Below are positions 1-13,709 of a stretch of 64,000 nucleotides of DNA, piece by piece. The stretch lies in assembly GCF_009914755.1 (NCBI RefSeq), contig NC_060942.1. One strand, given 5' to 3'. The position numbers were made by a program, and so were the translations under genes. Each line of letters starts with the position of its first letter. The first letter of the stretch is position 1. Under the pieces are notes generated by a model. That model searched no databases. It was not told where the DNA came from and saw only the letters and a program-made list of their open reading frames with translations. The stretch comes from the human T2T-CHM13v2.0 reference genome, Homo sapiens.

Positions 1-960
1 TACCTCTGTTTTGAGGTCTTTCTCAAGAGTATGTTCCATTATTGATATATTTAGTCACCGAAGAAGAGTATCTTAAGCATAAATCAAAAATATGTACACA
101 CAAATATTTCAGAAGTTTGAGTTCTTTGTTCTCTATTTTTAAAAATTTTAATCTACTAACATGCTGTCATCAACTATATCAAAGACAGATCGAAACAGGC
201 TTGGAAAAGTCTTCAGCATGCAAATAAAATGCAATGTTGAATTTGCAAAAAAAGATTTCTTTTTCATATTTTAACATAGAGAAGCAACTCTCATTTTTGG
301 AATGTATAAAATGGGGTCCTAGAGATATATGATTCCATTCACCTCAAAAGTATTTTAAAATTGAGGCTTTGAATTTCCATTTTGTATTATTTGAAAAAAA
401 TATTTTATGTGAATTGAATGGATAGTTGAACAGTAGATAAACTTTTGAAAGTTGAGTATTTAATGCTTTAAAATATTTTTATCCCTAACAAATATAAGTT
501 GTGCTTCTTATTTAAATTCATCTGATATTTGGAATTTATTTACCTCCTAAAATCCAATTATTTTTACCATTTATATCTTTTGATAGCCAAATTAATATTT
601 TCTCTCTATATATATTTTTTATTTTTAAGAGATCTTTTGTTGTATTTTCCCAGCACTAACTTGGAGATGAGCTAAAGAGTCATATGGTAATATTAATACA
701 ATTGTTGTTTCTACTACAATTTAATATTTTACTTGTAATTTAATAATTAATGCAGTTTTGTATGATATAGCACAATACCTTGATGCTGTCTGTACAATTC
801 ATTTGAATGAGCTCTCAAACTAGTCAGTTTATGTATCAGTCACAATTCTTTCCAAAAGATAGCAGATACCTTGACTAACTAAACAACTAAAGAGATTTTC
901 CAAAGATATCAATTAGCTCACAAAAGCAATAGAAAGCTAGAAAATTGTGCTTGAAACTCA

Positions 961-1042
961 GGAAGAAAGAGAGAAAGAGAAAGAAGGAAGGAAGGAACTA
1001 AGGGGGAGGGAAGGAAAGCAGGGAGAAAGAAAGAAAGAAAGA
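961..1042 (+). repeat. GA-rich low-complexity tract (GAAA/GGAA units)
   Basis: ggaagaaagagagaaagagaaagaaggaaggaagg...gaaagaaagaaa. Confidence 0.9.
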
Positions 1043-1582
1043 CAGCTAGACTTGGTCACAGACATAGTCTGAAACAGCCAAACTCGTGAGCTGAGTACAG
1101 TCTACTTAAACTATTGTTGACAACAGCAATGGGCTTTCAACACTGAAGATGACACTGTGGATAATTACTTGCTGTGCTAATCTTTGTGTCCCCTCTCAAA
1201 ATTCAAAGTTCTTGAAAAGACATTCAAGTTTTAAAGACCACATCACGATTGAATGTCTTAGCTACAAGCACACCAAGACGCACACAATCAGGAATTGCCT
1301 TGAATCAGGACAGATATTCATATGATTGATAACATTTTGAAAAAAGAAAGGAAACCATAGCTTATATTTAAAAATATTTTCAATGACTCTGTAAATATGT
1401 CTTTCCATGTAGATACTGTCCACCATTTTCCAAAAACACCAATTTGTTTCCCAGTGTCACTGCGTTTAATATATACATGATTGCATGGAAAAGAGTTAAT
1501 CATTAAAAGTTTTAATGTTCAACACATAAAAGCAACTATTATGTGTTGGCTTGGGGCATAAGAGTTTGCTATAGTCATGTAA

Positions 1583-1901
<319 letters not shown>

Positions 1902-2173
1902 TAAAGCTAGTTATGTATAGTTAATTGTCACAATGTATGTTAAACTCCAACAAAAGCGGCAAATCTAATAAATATAAAGTGAATTCAGCCCAAAACATCC
2001 ATTGATCCATTATAATTTGCTACATATCAAATTTTCATTAGACTTGAAGGTTTTTGTTTTAGATTCTCTCTTTTTGCCTGTTATATAACCTTATGTAAAC
2101 TACCTTATAATTCTTATAGCTGTAGAACAAAGCTCATTATGTGATGAGTATGGATTTTCTTCTTTTTTTTCAG

Positions 2174-2390
2174 GTATATGATACCTATTCTTGTCTATTG
2201 AAAAAATTTTATTGATTGTTGAATTATTTAGTAGTGAGGGCATATCCAGGCCTTTTGTGAGAAAAACTATATGAGAAATGAAAGCCCTGGGTTATGCCGG
2301 TTGTGTGGAGTTAGACTGGCATACAATTAAGACACGTTAAAGCATGAGGATGCTGCATAATCTAGAAATAGTAAGAGTGGCTATAAACAG
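2174..2390 (+). other. Candidate non-coding exon (217 bp)
   Basis: Acceptor ttttcttcttttttttcag|g (AG 2172-2173), possible branch site ctcat near 2133, donor cag|gtaagc at 2390/2391; unique sequence. Confidence 0.35.
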
Positions 2391-4819
2391 GTAAGCCATG
2401 TAATTTTCCTTTGATTCACAACATAGCAGAGGAAAATAAGGAATGAATCTTAAATTCTATATAGGAGAAGTAAAAGAAAGCCCTGCTAACTCAAGATAAA
2501 GCACAAACAGCCTTTGTAATTCCAGAAATTTATTCGGTTTGTAAAATTATAATTTTCTGAAGTTAAAATAATTGAATAATTTTCTGAATAACAGTTTTAA
2601 ACAAGGAAGCTCAAGAGGAGCTACTTCTCATCATAATAATGCATATACTGTTTGCCACAAAACATGATTTTGTGCCGGAGTCCAACAAAATTATAAAATT
2701 CTAAGCTATTCCTAATAGCTGAGCTAACACACAGCATTACTCAGAGATGTTTAATGTCATTGCTTTGTTGTCTATTATGTCTAGTTATATGTAGCTTCTA
2801 CAGAGAAATTTCTGCTATATGTTCCTCCCTTTCATGGTGTAATTAGTTCTGTGTTTTTAACCTTTTTCTTATACTGTGTCGTGCTTACTGAAGAGGTTGC
2901 TCTCTAAAAGCCAAGACCGTTTGCTTTTTGAGATTTTGATTTTTGTCCTGGTCCTTATCTCTATCGAGTATTTTCACTGAAAAGTCATGACTGGGATTGA
3001 AACTACAGGAAGCTGAAAACCCGAGATTAAAAAGCATGACTGTCAGCTTAAAATTTTTTACATATAAAAGTAGTTCTGGAAAAAAGATGACATGGAAACG
3101 TGCAATGGGCTGGGAGGAGAGACTAGATGATTGAAAGGCTTTTTATTTTAAAATTTCCATTTAGGGCACAAATCTCTAACGTGTGTGCCCAAACAGCAAA
3201 ATTCAGAGCAACATGGTATAGTGAGTATATCAATATATAAAACAAGCAGTGGGTATTCTTTTGAAAAATCATGAGTTTTTAAATTGAAAGCCTATGCATT
3301 CATAATGAAAATAAATATACATTGACTCCTCTTGTCTCTTAAAGTCTATACACATATATATGTGTGTGTCCATGTATAAACTCCCCAAAATTATCATAAC
3401 TCTTGTCTAAAAACACTTGTGATTATTGTAGCTGGTGGTGTTACTTCTGGTACTGCTGTTTTGTTCTTTTAAAAAAAAATCCCTCCTACCATCAATATTC
3501 AGGAGCCAATGCAGTCTCTCAATAGTTATTATTATTATTATTTTGGGTGTGCCTGAATTCCCCAGTAATTAAAATGTTGCCTTTTTCCAATATTATCATC
3601 TCTTCAAATATTTTCTCTAGAACCTCTCAGATAAAGACTGTGGCAGAGGATGATCCTATTTAGGGTTCTACATTAATTTTTCACTCCTTTATCAGCCCCC
3701 ATTTATCACAGTTTGATGATTTACAAACATGTTCTACTTTATTCTCCACAAAAATAGTTCGAGGTGGTATTTTCCACTTTCATAATATGTGAAATTTTCA
3801 CTGGTGAAGGAACTTCGTGAATACAGGTGTGTGAACATGACGGTGCTAGCAATAGATTGGAGATAGAGAATTTGTATATTTTTACCATTCTCTTAAATTG
3901 TATTTGAAAGTTCCCTTTACTTTATCGTGTGTACAATGTGTGCCTCTGTCAAAGTTTATCTCTTCTAATTTTACAATAGTGTAACATTCAGTCTGTAATT
4001 TTCTGTGATTACCCATTGATTTATATGAAACGATGTGGGTGAACAATATCAATAAAATAACTGAAATTAATAAATGGTTTCAAAGTTTTCTCCCATGGAT
4101 ATAGACAGACATTAAGGTAGGAATCATTTAGGTATTTTATCATTGTTATCATTTTATTTGGGCTTCCAAGTTCCCCTGTCCATTCTTGGAATGAAACATA
4201 ATGATAATTCTTTCGAAACACAGGTGTGCAAGTATGAACAGAAAGTTCCTCTGAAAATAATGTACCAGAATTGATTTACTGAAAGAATTAGGGAATTTGA
4301 ATTAAAGTGTAGCTCGCTGCCAGCATGGTATTCTTGGGGCAAATGGGAAATGGGTTAAAAGACCCAGTTACAATCCTTTTGCTACCAGAAACTTACTGGA
4401 TCTTTATGGATACTTGATCTAAACATGCTGAGCTTCGAGTTCTTCATCAGTCAAAACAGATTATAAAATGTTTGCATTTGTAGGTACATTTTAACACTTG
4501 TAGGGCTCATTAAAAAATGAAATGCATAATTATATCACCAAAATATTCTCCATTGTATCTAGAAAGCCTAGAAGATTTACAATTTCTTCCAAAGAAAATG
4601 TATAGGTGTTATTTTCCTCTGTATTAAATGCTGTGACTTGTGACACCAAAGGAATTTATTGATATAATTAATAATTTTCACCATTATTCTCTAGTCTCTA
4701 TGGAATAGTATATATTGCATGTACTGATTACTTCTAGTCATTTTAGTGGTCAAATAAAAAAAAAATATATACTTACCATGCTAAGGCAGCACAAAAATTG
4801 AATATAAAATGGTCAACTA

Positions 4820-4945
4820 AAGCTAGAGAAGCCAGAAGAGGGAACGAGAATTAAAAAGTAACAAAGAACAAGCTCAACAAACAGAAAACAGCTGCAAGTA
4901 TGGTAGATATTAGTCCAATGATATAAATAAGTACTCTAAATCTAA
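4820..4945 (+). mobile_element. Old L1M fragment (ORF1/ORF2 junction region)
   Basis: aaaacagctgcaagtatggtagatattagtccaatgatataaataagtactctaaat resembles the L1M start of ORF2. Confidence 0.55.
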
Positions 4946-5252
4946 ATATTAAGTAAGGGATAGTTATGTTCATATCAATAAACAATGTAAAAACCAATCC
5001 AACATACCAGATTTCCAATCACTGTATAAATAATATATGTTTAGCTTTTGAGGCATAGGACTCTGATTATTAATTATTTAAGTTACATAATCAAACATTT
5101 ATACTTATGTAACACTTATGTAATAATCCTCATTAGAAAAATTAGAAAAACAAGACTGATAGATGGATTTGCATTTTTGTGGTGGGTATATGGCTGGGTT
5201 ACATTACTCAGGATCATCTTGAAACAAGTTTTCATTAGATATTAAGATTTCC

Positions 5253-5562
5253 GGTCGGGCATGGTGGCTCACGCCTGTAATCCCAGCACTTTGGGAGGCC
5301 GAAGCGGGCAGATCACTTGAGGTGGGGAGTTTGAGACGAGCCTGGCCAACATGGTGAAACCTCGTCTCTACTAAAAATACAAAAGTTAGCCAAGTGTGGT
5401 GGTGCATGTCTGTAATCCTAGCTACTCAGGAGGCCGAGGCACAAGAATTGCTTGAACCCGGAAGGCAGAGGTCACTGTGAGCTGAGATCGTGCCACTGCA
5501 CTCCCAGCCTGGGTGACAGAGCGAGACTCCATCTCAAAAAACAAACAAACAAAACAAAAAAA
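5253..5562 (+). mobile_element. AluS (Sx/Sz-like), full length
   Basis: ggtcgggcatggtggctcacgcctgtaatcccagc... ending in an (A)n/(CAAA)n tail. Confidence 0.95.
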
Positions 5563-5959
5563 ATTCCAATTTACTTCACTATTTGCCTTATTATAAAGAT
5601 AGTATGACATAAAAAATTATCTTCTAACATGATCCTTAATCATTTTCCCTGCATACAATACTTCTTTAGCTGTTTATTTATTTAAATGTTGCATTTACAT
5701 AATGCCAAATATCAAATGAATTGTTCTTATACACATGTGGCCTTCGTTTCTGTCCACAAGTATAAAGAAGCATGTATCTCCCTCTATTTCTCATCTATCT
5801 CATGCTAGTAGAATTTATGTTGGTATAATTTGAGAATATTAAATCATAATACTATCTTTTAAAAATTTTCCGTATGTGGTATATATGATTAAAGAAAATT
5901 TAAGTAAGAAAATACAGAACACAGGAGGATGGAAAGTCAATTTATGAGCTTGTGTTGTA

Positions 5960-6238
5960 TTTGTATACATTTATGGGGTATAAGTGTAATTTTGTTACAT
6001 ACAGTGGTGAATTCCAAGCTATTGGGATATCCGTCACCTGAATAAGGTACATTTTAGCCATTAGGTAATTTTCATCTCTCACCCCTGCACCCTCCTCCCA
6101 CCACCTCACCCTCCTGAGTCTCCACTGTCTATCATCCTACACTCTACATCCATGTATACACATTATGTAGCTCTCATTTTTAAGCAAGAATGTAGGGTAT
6201 TTGTCTTTCTGTGTCTGACTTGCCTCACTTAAGATAAT
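5960..6238 (-). mobile_element. L1PB/L1MA-type 3' end fragment
   Basis: tacatttatggggtataagtgtaattttgttacat...tatttgtctttctgtgtctgacttgcctcacttaagataat is antisense L1 3'UTR. Confidence 0.8.
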
Positions 6239-6274
6239 CGCAAAAACCTTTAGGAGACACCATACTGTAGACAA

Positions 6275-6735
6275 GTCAGGACTCAGGTATTAATTCTGCA
6301 TTTTCACCTGTTGTCTATGGGCAGGAAAAAGGACAAAGATTTCTCGGCTGTCTGGTGTGACTGAATCTGCCTGCCCCAAGGTCTCTGGGTGGGAGAAGAG
6401 AGTCTCAGGCCCAGAGGCTAAATAAAGTATCTCTCCTGGCCACTTATTTTTGGCATAAGTTCCCTACTGATCTCTTACATTGGTGTCAGACTCTCCTGAG
6501 TTGTCCAAGGGAGGAATGTGCTTACCTGGGCCACATGCTGTTGCTGAGTTGTACTTAGACTCTATCAATCTGAGTGTCCTTCTTTTGCTGGGTGGGAGAG
6601 GTAAGATACCCTGCCATTGTGTTGTTTCTTCTGTCTTGGGATCCTAACCAATTTGTAGTTTTCTCACTGCCTTTCAGAGTTCTTCTTAATGCCTCCTGCA
6701 TCATTTCCAAGGGTTATACCTGTGCTCAGCAGGAT
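6275..6735 (-). mobile_element. Probable old L1M (L1MC/MD-like) 5' region
   Basis: ctttcagagttcttcttaat...ccaagggttatacctgtgctcagcaggatgagtatggagaaac resembles the antisense 5' end of old L1M; diverged. Confidence 0.4.
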
Positions 6736-6862
6736 GAGTATGGAGAAACAGATCTCAGGTAGGATTAAAGTCCATCATTTCTTTGTTTCTTTTATTCTTC
6801 TTCTAAAAAAAGGAAAAAAATCTCCATTATTTTTTGAATAGTACACAATTTATATGCATTTT

Positions 6863-6900
6863 TGTGTGTGTGTGTGTGCGCGTGCGCACATGCGTGCACA
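6863..6900. repeat. Alternating purine-pyrimidine tract (TG)n(CG/CA), Z-DNA prone
   Basis: tgtgtgtgtgtgtgtgcgcgtgcgcacatgcgtgcaca. Confidence 0.85.
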
Positions 6901-7119
6901 TTTCTAAGAGGGCAGCCTATAAATCACCCATCACTACTGTCTTTATATATTTTACTCATGCTGTTTTCAGTAATTTTAGATCTTCATGTGTTGGTGAAAT
7001 GCTGTGTGGACCATAAGGCTTATAGCATTTTATCTTTCTGTGAATGAAAACTTTATAACAAAATAAATTATTCCCTTTACCTGCTCAACACTTTAATTTT
7101 GAGAATCACTTTTTAAAAA

Positions 7120-7415
7120 ATTACTCTGAGTTCAATTTCCAACAGTTTGTTATCCACGTGATTTGGACACGTTGCTCAATCTTTTGCTGCTTCAGTTTAT
7201 AACATAATGAGTCCAGGCTTTGGAACCAGTGTCACGCGGGTAACAATGCTGTTGTCTTTTCGTATTGTGTAATTTTGCACAATGTGCTTTATCTCTCTTC
7301 GTATCTACCTGTCATATTTAAAGTAAAAATTGTAATAGTATCTATCACGTTGTTTGTTTTGATGAGTTAGTATGTGAAATTACTTGTTACATGGTGAGCT
7401 TTTTATATATGTTAC
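7120..7415 (+). mobile_element. MIR fragments
   Basis: MIR-like phrases: gtgatttggacacgttgctcaatctt...cttcagttt; ggctttggaaccag; aatagtatctatcac. Confidence 0.5.
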
Positions 7416-8069
7416 TGATTGCTAATAAAGCATGGTTACTACTTCTACTTTTCAGGGTCTTTTGCTTTGTTTTGTTTTAGTCAGCATCTATGATCTAATA
7501 ACTATGCTTTTTGTTTACTATATTTGTTAATTTATTTGTATAAACTTACACAAGAATTCAAATAGATACTACTTAAAGAGAAGGTTACATTTTATTTCTA
7601 ATCAGCTCTGATTTAATTTATTGCTAGTGTTTAGAATTCATAATCTACTCGTTCTTAATTTCCTTCTTTATTCTTTAATTAATTTTAGCAATAAAACCTT
7701 TGGCCTCTAAATTTAATACATCCAAGCTCTGTGAATATTTAAAAAAAAAGATATATCTACTCTGGTGGTTAATTGAAATCTAACATAAACAAGAACATGA
7801 CCTTCAGTGGGGAGTTGAAGGGAAAAAAATGAACACATTTCACATTGTAATGCAGATAACTGAGTACTAAGTACGTGATAGGCATTGCGCTAACCCAGTC
7901 ACATACATTATTTTATGTATTCTCCAGAAAACTTTGGTAGTACGTAATGTCACTACTAATAGGTTGAGCACTTACTCTCTTTTACCTTCTGTAAACTCCC
8001 AAAGAAGCTTGTGTAAAGCCCATTTTTCACATTAATAGTAATTATTTGCTTTCGTGATTTTCCCCCATT

Positions 8070-8165
8070 CGTGAGCTTCTCAAGAGCAGCATCCAGCCCA
8101 TTTTAATTTTTCTGTCCTGGGCATATAGCACACTGCCTAGCACAGGTTTTGTTAAATGAGTAAAT
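8070..8165 (+). mobile_element. L2 3' end fragment
   Basis: gtgagcttctcaagagcag...tagcacactgcctagcacagg...gttaaatgagtaaat. Confidence 0.6.
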
Positions 8166-11100
8166 TAACCAATTGTCTGCCTTTTAAAAGTTAAGTAGTC
8201 TATCAGCAGCCTTCCTAGTGAGAATTCTTCACAGAGACTATATGTTCTATTGTATAGAATCAAAGCATTATTGCTGAGATTTAGCTTAAGAGGTGAGTCA
8301 AGTTGTATTTTAAAATCATAAACACTGGGCTGGGCTGCTAATTGTTGAGTGTTAATTCACTTAATTGTGATAGAAGCATAAGTGATTAATATATTTGCTT
8401 TTATTGCATTCACTATCAAGGAATAGTTACATGTTGAAAAAAGTGGGGAGAAAGTATGGACTTGGCTACAGAAAGAAATGAATTGTAATAATCACTCTAC
8501 TATTTTATAACCATGTGACATAAGCTTTGGCAGGCTGCTAAAAGGAATGAACGTTAAATGAATTTGATGTTCTTTTGAATCTTCCATGTGTGTTTGGAAG
8601 AAGGGGTTGCTCAGAGCACCATGCTCACTTGGAAAAAGATGGGCTCATTAGGACTTCTTCACATTTTCTTTATTATAACTGTGTGCATTTGGGAGTGAAT
8701 ATATGTGTGTGGGTCTTGCTGTGACTTTCTCTTTTGGGGAAAGAATGAGGGATGATGTAGGATTTGTCTGAGAATGCAAGGAGAATTCACAGCAGTGACA
8801 CTGTATGTGAGTAAACTTCATGCTTTGTATAGATGCCAAGTCTCCTATTATCTTGCCTCTAGATTAAGTTTTGCCTTTGAGATTCTGTCTTCTGACATCA
8901 GAATTGCATGAAAGTTTAACTAGGAAGCTAGTTTGTCATTAGTTCTTATTTTAGTTTTCTATATATATGTAGAAAACTTGAGAAAGTAGTATCAAATTCA
9001 TCCAGACTGACATTTTTCGCAATTTTTTAGTGACATAAAAGAGCATATATGAACACTACGTTTGGTTATTTTCAATAACATTTCCTTACGTCTTTACCTT
9101 CCAAATGTCTTTGGCACATGTTTAAATACAGATACCACAAATTCTCCTAAAAGATGTGTTTCTGAAGCACAGAACTTGATGAACACATATTTTAGAAATC
9201 GGTATAAATTTGTGCTTAAATTTGAGGCAAGGAGTCCTCATATTAACAAGCTTTGTTCAAATGTATACAATAGTGCATTCTTTGAGAAATGATACATCTT
9301 TACATTTTCAAGTGTTTTTGGTTGTTCTTGAATTATCATTTTGGGAAAATTATTTTTTTTATCCAAAGTTGTATTTGCTGTTTAAAAAGCTCTCTATTTT
9401 GCATGAAAATTATAACTTTCGTGATGTATGAAAACTTGTAAAGCTGTCATTCTGAAAAATATAATGATCATGAGAAACTTGATGTTAAATATATACATTT
9501 GGGGAACATTGACAATTTGTTATGTTCTGTATATAATAAATCAGTCTATAGGTTTAAATATAAATCATATTTCATTTGCATTCACAAAACTAGAAAGCTA
9601 TAATTTCTTTTATAAATTTTACAGTGGAATCATTTGCTGATTAATTTAATAAATATTGGTAAGCCCATTTCTAACGTTAGATTTGGCATAGTTTATATAG
9701 GAGAAAAATATTTTAAGCCATTTTATTAGCAATACACATTTAAATATCTCACTGGTACTTTTCTTATACTCCCATCTAAGTAATTAAAGTGCTTACAGAA
9801 CATAGAAGGATAGTCTCCTATAGCTCTGGATTGATATAACTACAGATGCAAACTCAGTCATTTACTTGGGCAAACTATCCTCTGAAAAACTTAGGAAAAA
9901 TTCATTTTCCATTTGAATATTATATAGCTGTGGAACATGTGTAAACAATACATTTGGTTCCAAATACAAGGTCACAAGGAGTGCGGTGATGTCCTCTTCT
10001 GTCCAGGTTTGTTTTTCACAGCAAGATAGAAAGAAGAAATGGCCAGGCTATTGGCAACATGAGAGCCCTTGGCAACAGCTCCATTGGAACGATAAAGTGG
10101 CATTTTCTATGATTGGTGACTGGGTCTTCAGCAATCACATGGGCATACCTGACAAAGGAGTCCTTGTGCAATGAATGCAAGATTCTGTCCACGTCTTCAT
10201 GTTTCTACATCCTGCTCAGTTAGCAGAGATTGGCTGAGGCCACTTGAATGGAGAAAGTAACACAACAGGGACAAAGAAGGACATGTGGAGACAACCACAA
10301 GCTCTGGGTGGCGCTATGTCATCTGCTAAAAAACTCTTAGCTTTTCCTTAGGCTGCAGCATATCACAGAAACCTAACTATAGTGGCTTAGCTGAAAGAGA
10401 ATTGATCTTTCCCACAAAGCAAACTGTCAACCCAGCAGTCTGAGATGTTCTTACCATACCAAGATCCATCGATAGTTTTGCTTTTGATAATTTGCTTGTG
10501 ACTTTTATCATCTGTCTCAAGATGGTTTCGTATCTTCAGGTGAAAAGGTAAAAATGTATAAATAAAAAAATAAAGGAACAAAAACTTAAGTTTTTTGGAA
10601 GCTCTTCTAGGGTCTTGTTACTTTCTAACAGTGGGAACTGCTATCTCCAGGTGCAGGTGATTCTGGAAGTATTTTATATGAGAGATAGTGCCACCTAAAG
10701 CAAAACTTGGATTCAATTAAAAAGAAAAGAGAATGCAACCAGCACTGTCTGACTCAATCATATCAGAAGGCTGGAAGCCTTGTGGCTCTCATTAATCAGA
10801 AGTCAGGCCAGTCTAATCATATGCAATGAATTTGCATCTGTCTATATCCTAGACCACTGTATACTGAGGAAGTAAAATGTCCTTTATTATCCACATTGGA
10901 AATGGAGACTTTTGATGTAATAGAAAAAAGTCTCAACATTAACTGGTATTATATTTTCAGTAAAATAAAATGGTAATAGAAATTACTTTTCTATATTAGG
11001 CAATTATATTTAAAAATGTAATAATTGATTAGAATGACTATAAAACAAGGACCCATCATTAAAGACTTCGAAAAATATGATGCATTTAGGGACTTAATAA

Positions 11101-12660
11101 TGTCCTGAGGTTTGAGAGAATTGCAATGTTCTTACTTGTTTTTCTTTCTCCCAATGATATAATATCAGTAGAATATGATTCACCCTACACTCAATGTCTG
11201 AATGTATAAAGGTGTCCTTTCACATTTAACACAACTGTGACAGCTGTCTGGCAATTGTGGGAAATAATGATGTAGAAGACTTTGAAAACTGGCTTGGGCA
11301 TCAACCGAAGTCATTTGTCATCTCGAGATTTCATTCCTGCTAAAATGTCCATGAAAATTACAGGAATCAATTTATCTTGCTTAGAGTAATATATAGAAAT
11401 AATTTCCTAGTTAGAAAAACTATGAAATTATTGAAAATGTGTCAGAAAAATAGATTTGATTAAGAAAACTGTTTGACAAAATTCACTTGATTGAGAAAAC
11501 TATCATTTATGGAATATGGTGACCACTATAAAGTATCTTAGTTAATCTCTGAAAAAAATGTGTTAGCATGTAATGTATATGTATCGATATTGTATGCAAA
11601 CAGTGCTAGGCACACTTTTTGCTATTCTCCTGTGTGAAAACTATGCTATCCTCCTACAGCCCTACTTCCAGGCACCAATAGTCCATAAGCTATCCAAGAT
11701 TCCCAGTTACAGACAGCTAATTTTGAAAGTCAACAAGGAGAGCATTTGCTCATTAATTCTGCCAACTGCGATGTGGAAATAACCAAGGAAGCAAAAGAAT
11801 TTGTATACACAGAAATACCCAAAAGGCTCCCCCTTCATGTCCCTTGTGGAGACACTCTTCCAATTTCAGTTAAGGAAGTGAGTACAGTTATAAACATGTT
11901 TATATGAATGACTTAACAGACCTTAGCACCTTGTTATTATAAACTAGGCCACATCCACTTCTATAGGCCCTTTCAGACCTTTTACACAGCCCAAATACAA
12001 TGGGCATTCATTTACTGTACGCAGAGAAAAATAAATAAATACATGGATATACACACACGCCTATTCAGTAGTAATATATATCACTTGTTACTTTGTGCTT
12101 TAGTGTATAATACATCCCTTAGAGCTAGTTGTTTCTCTAAATAATTATTGACTCCATTGGAGTTACACGTACTGAAAATAAACTTTTTTTCTGAGATGTT
12201 CCTACTTGTGCTTGCCTGAGAAGCTCTGTGAAATCCTGTTCAATTGTCCTCTGTGCTCCAGTTCGTCCTGTGATTTTAAGTACTCATCCCCAGTTTACCA
12301 CTTTTTTTTTGCCATTTAAATGTATAGTTGACATGACTATGTGGATGAGATTTTTTTTATGCAGCATACATGTACATTTAAAAGAGTACTTTATACAGCT
12401 TTCTGGAGAAAAATTAAGTCCTCTCCTTCACTTTCACACTTTTGATATGTAAAAAAGCAAATATATTCAAATGCATTGTTCTATAAAGCATCATTTCTTA
12501 AATTAGAAAAAAGTTTTTAGAGAAATGATTTCTTAAATTGCTTAAATCTACTTTTTTATATGAAGTAATAGCTAAAATTTAGTTCAGCAGCTTATGTACA
12601 AACAAATGGTAAGAAGATTTTAATCCAAGTTTGACAACACTGAAGAAAAAACAGAGGCTG

Positions 12661-13020
12661 TGAATTAGTCAGCCCAGTCGGCCATAGCAAAATAGTATAG
12701 CCTGAGTAGCTTAAACAACAGACATTTACAATGCACCCTTCTGGAGGCTGGGAAGTTCTGTTCATACTGAGGGCTCTTTCCTGGCTTGCAGACAGCCTCC
12801 TTCTTGCTGTGTTCTCACATGACCCACAGCAAGAGCGCTCTGACCTCTTTCTCTTCCTATATAAGGACACTAATCCTATCATGGGAGCCCCATTTTATAG
12901 CCTCTTTTAAACCTAACTACCTCCCAAAGGAGGCAACACCATGCAAACATACCTAACACGCTGGTGGTTAGGGCTTCAGCATATGCATTTGAGAGGAACA
13001 CAACTATTCAGTTTATAACA
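12661..13020 (-). mobile_element. MaLR solo LTR, MLT1A/MLT1A0-like
   Basis: tgaattagtc...gcttaaacaacagacattta...ttctggaggctgggaagt...attcagtttataaca; perfect 5-bp TSD ggctg at 12656-12660 and 13021-13025. Confidence 0.9.
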
Positions 13021-13237
13021 GGCTGTTCACATATTTCTAAATCGATCCACCACTTTACTTCTTCAGGCACTCTATACATCAGTAACTTTGATTATTTAAT
13101 GTTTCCCCCTTCAGAGAGATCATTCAAGTCTTCTTTCCCACCTTTGTCCATAGTCTCTTTATAATTTTATACCCCAAAATTGTATATAATCTCTCATGAG
13201 ATACCCATCACAATCTTAGAAGGAATATAGGTCACTG

Positions 13238-13709
13238 TGTCGTGCAGACTTTAATATGACCCTCACAACAGCTGCCTCTCCGTGTTCAAACTATTGAATG
13301 ATTCTCTATTCTCCAGTGTGGGTAGAATCTGTGACTTGCCTCTTGTTACTAGAATAGGGCAAAGGTGATGAGATGCCACTCTCATGATTAGAATACATTA
13401 TATAGGACTCTATGCTAGCTGACACATTCTCTCTTCCTGGATGGCTTTGAAGGAGGAAGCTGCTATGAACCTGGCAACCACGTGGAAGTAAATTCTTTCA
13501 GCAACCTGAAGGTGCTTGGAAGGGAATCCTTCCCCAGTTGAGCTTCTCATCGAATCACAGCCCAGCCGCCCCTTGGATGCAGCCTAGTGAGAGCCCAGCT
13601 AAGCCGTGCCTGGATTCCTGACTCATGAAAACTGCTAGATGATAAATGTACATTTCCTTAAGATGCTAAATTTGGTTATTGGTTAACACTGCAATTGAAA
13701 ACTAATACA
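13238..13709 (+). mobile_element. MaLR solo LTR, MLT1E/F-like
   Basis: agtgtgggtagaatctgtgacttgc...cccagctaagccgtgcctggattcctgac...aactaataca terminus. Confidence 0.85.

Noticed and set aside
4770-4780. Strong minus-strand donor (atg|gtaagt); another near 62530
   Set aside because: No convincing paired acceptor or open frame, so no minus-strand gene model can be supported
11456-11501. Repeated ttgatt(a/g)agaaaact at 31-bp spacing
   Set aside because: Short, AT-rich, two copies only; likely an old slippage duplication
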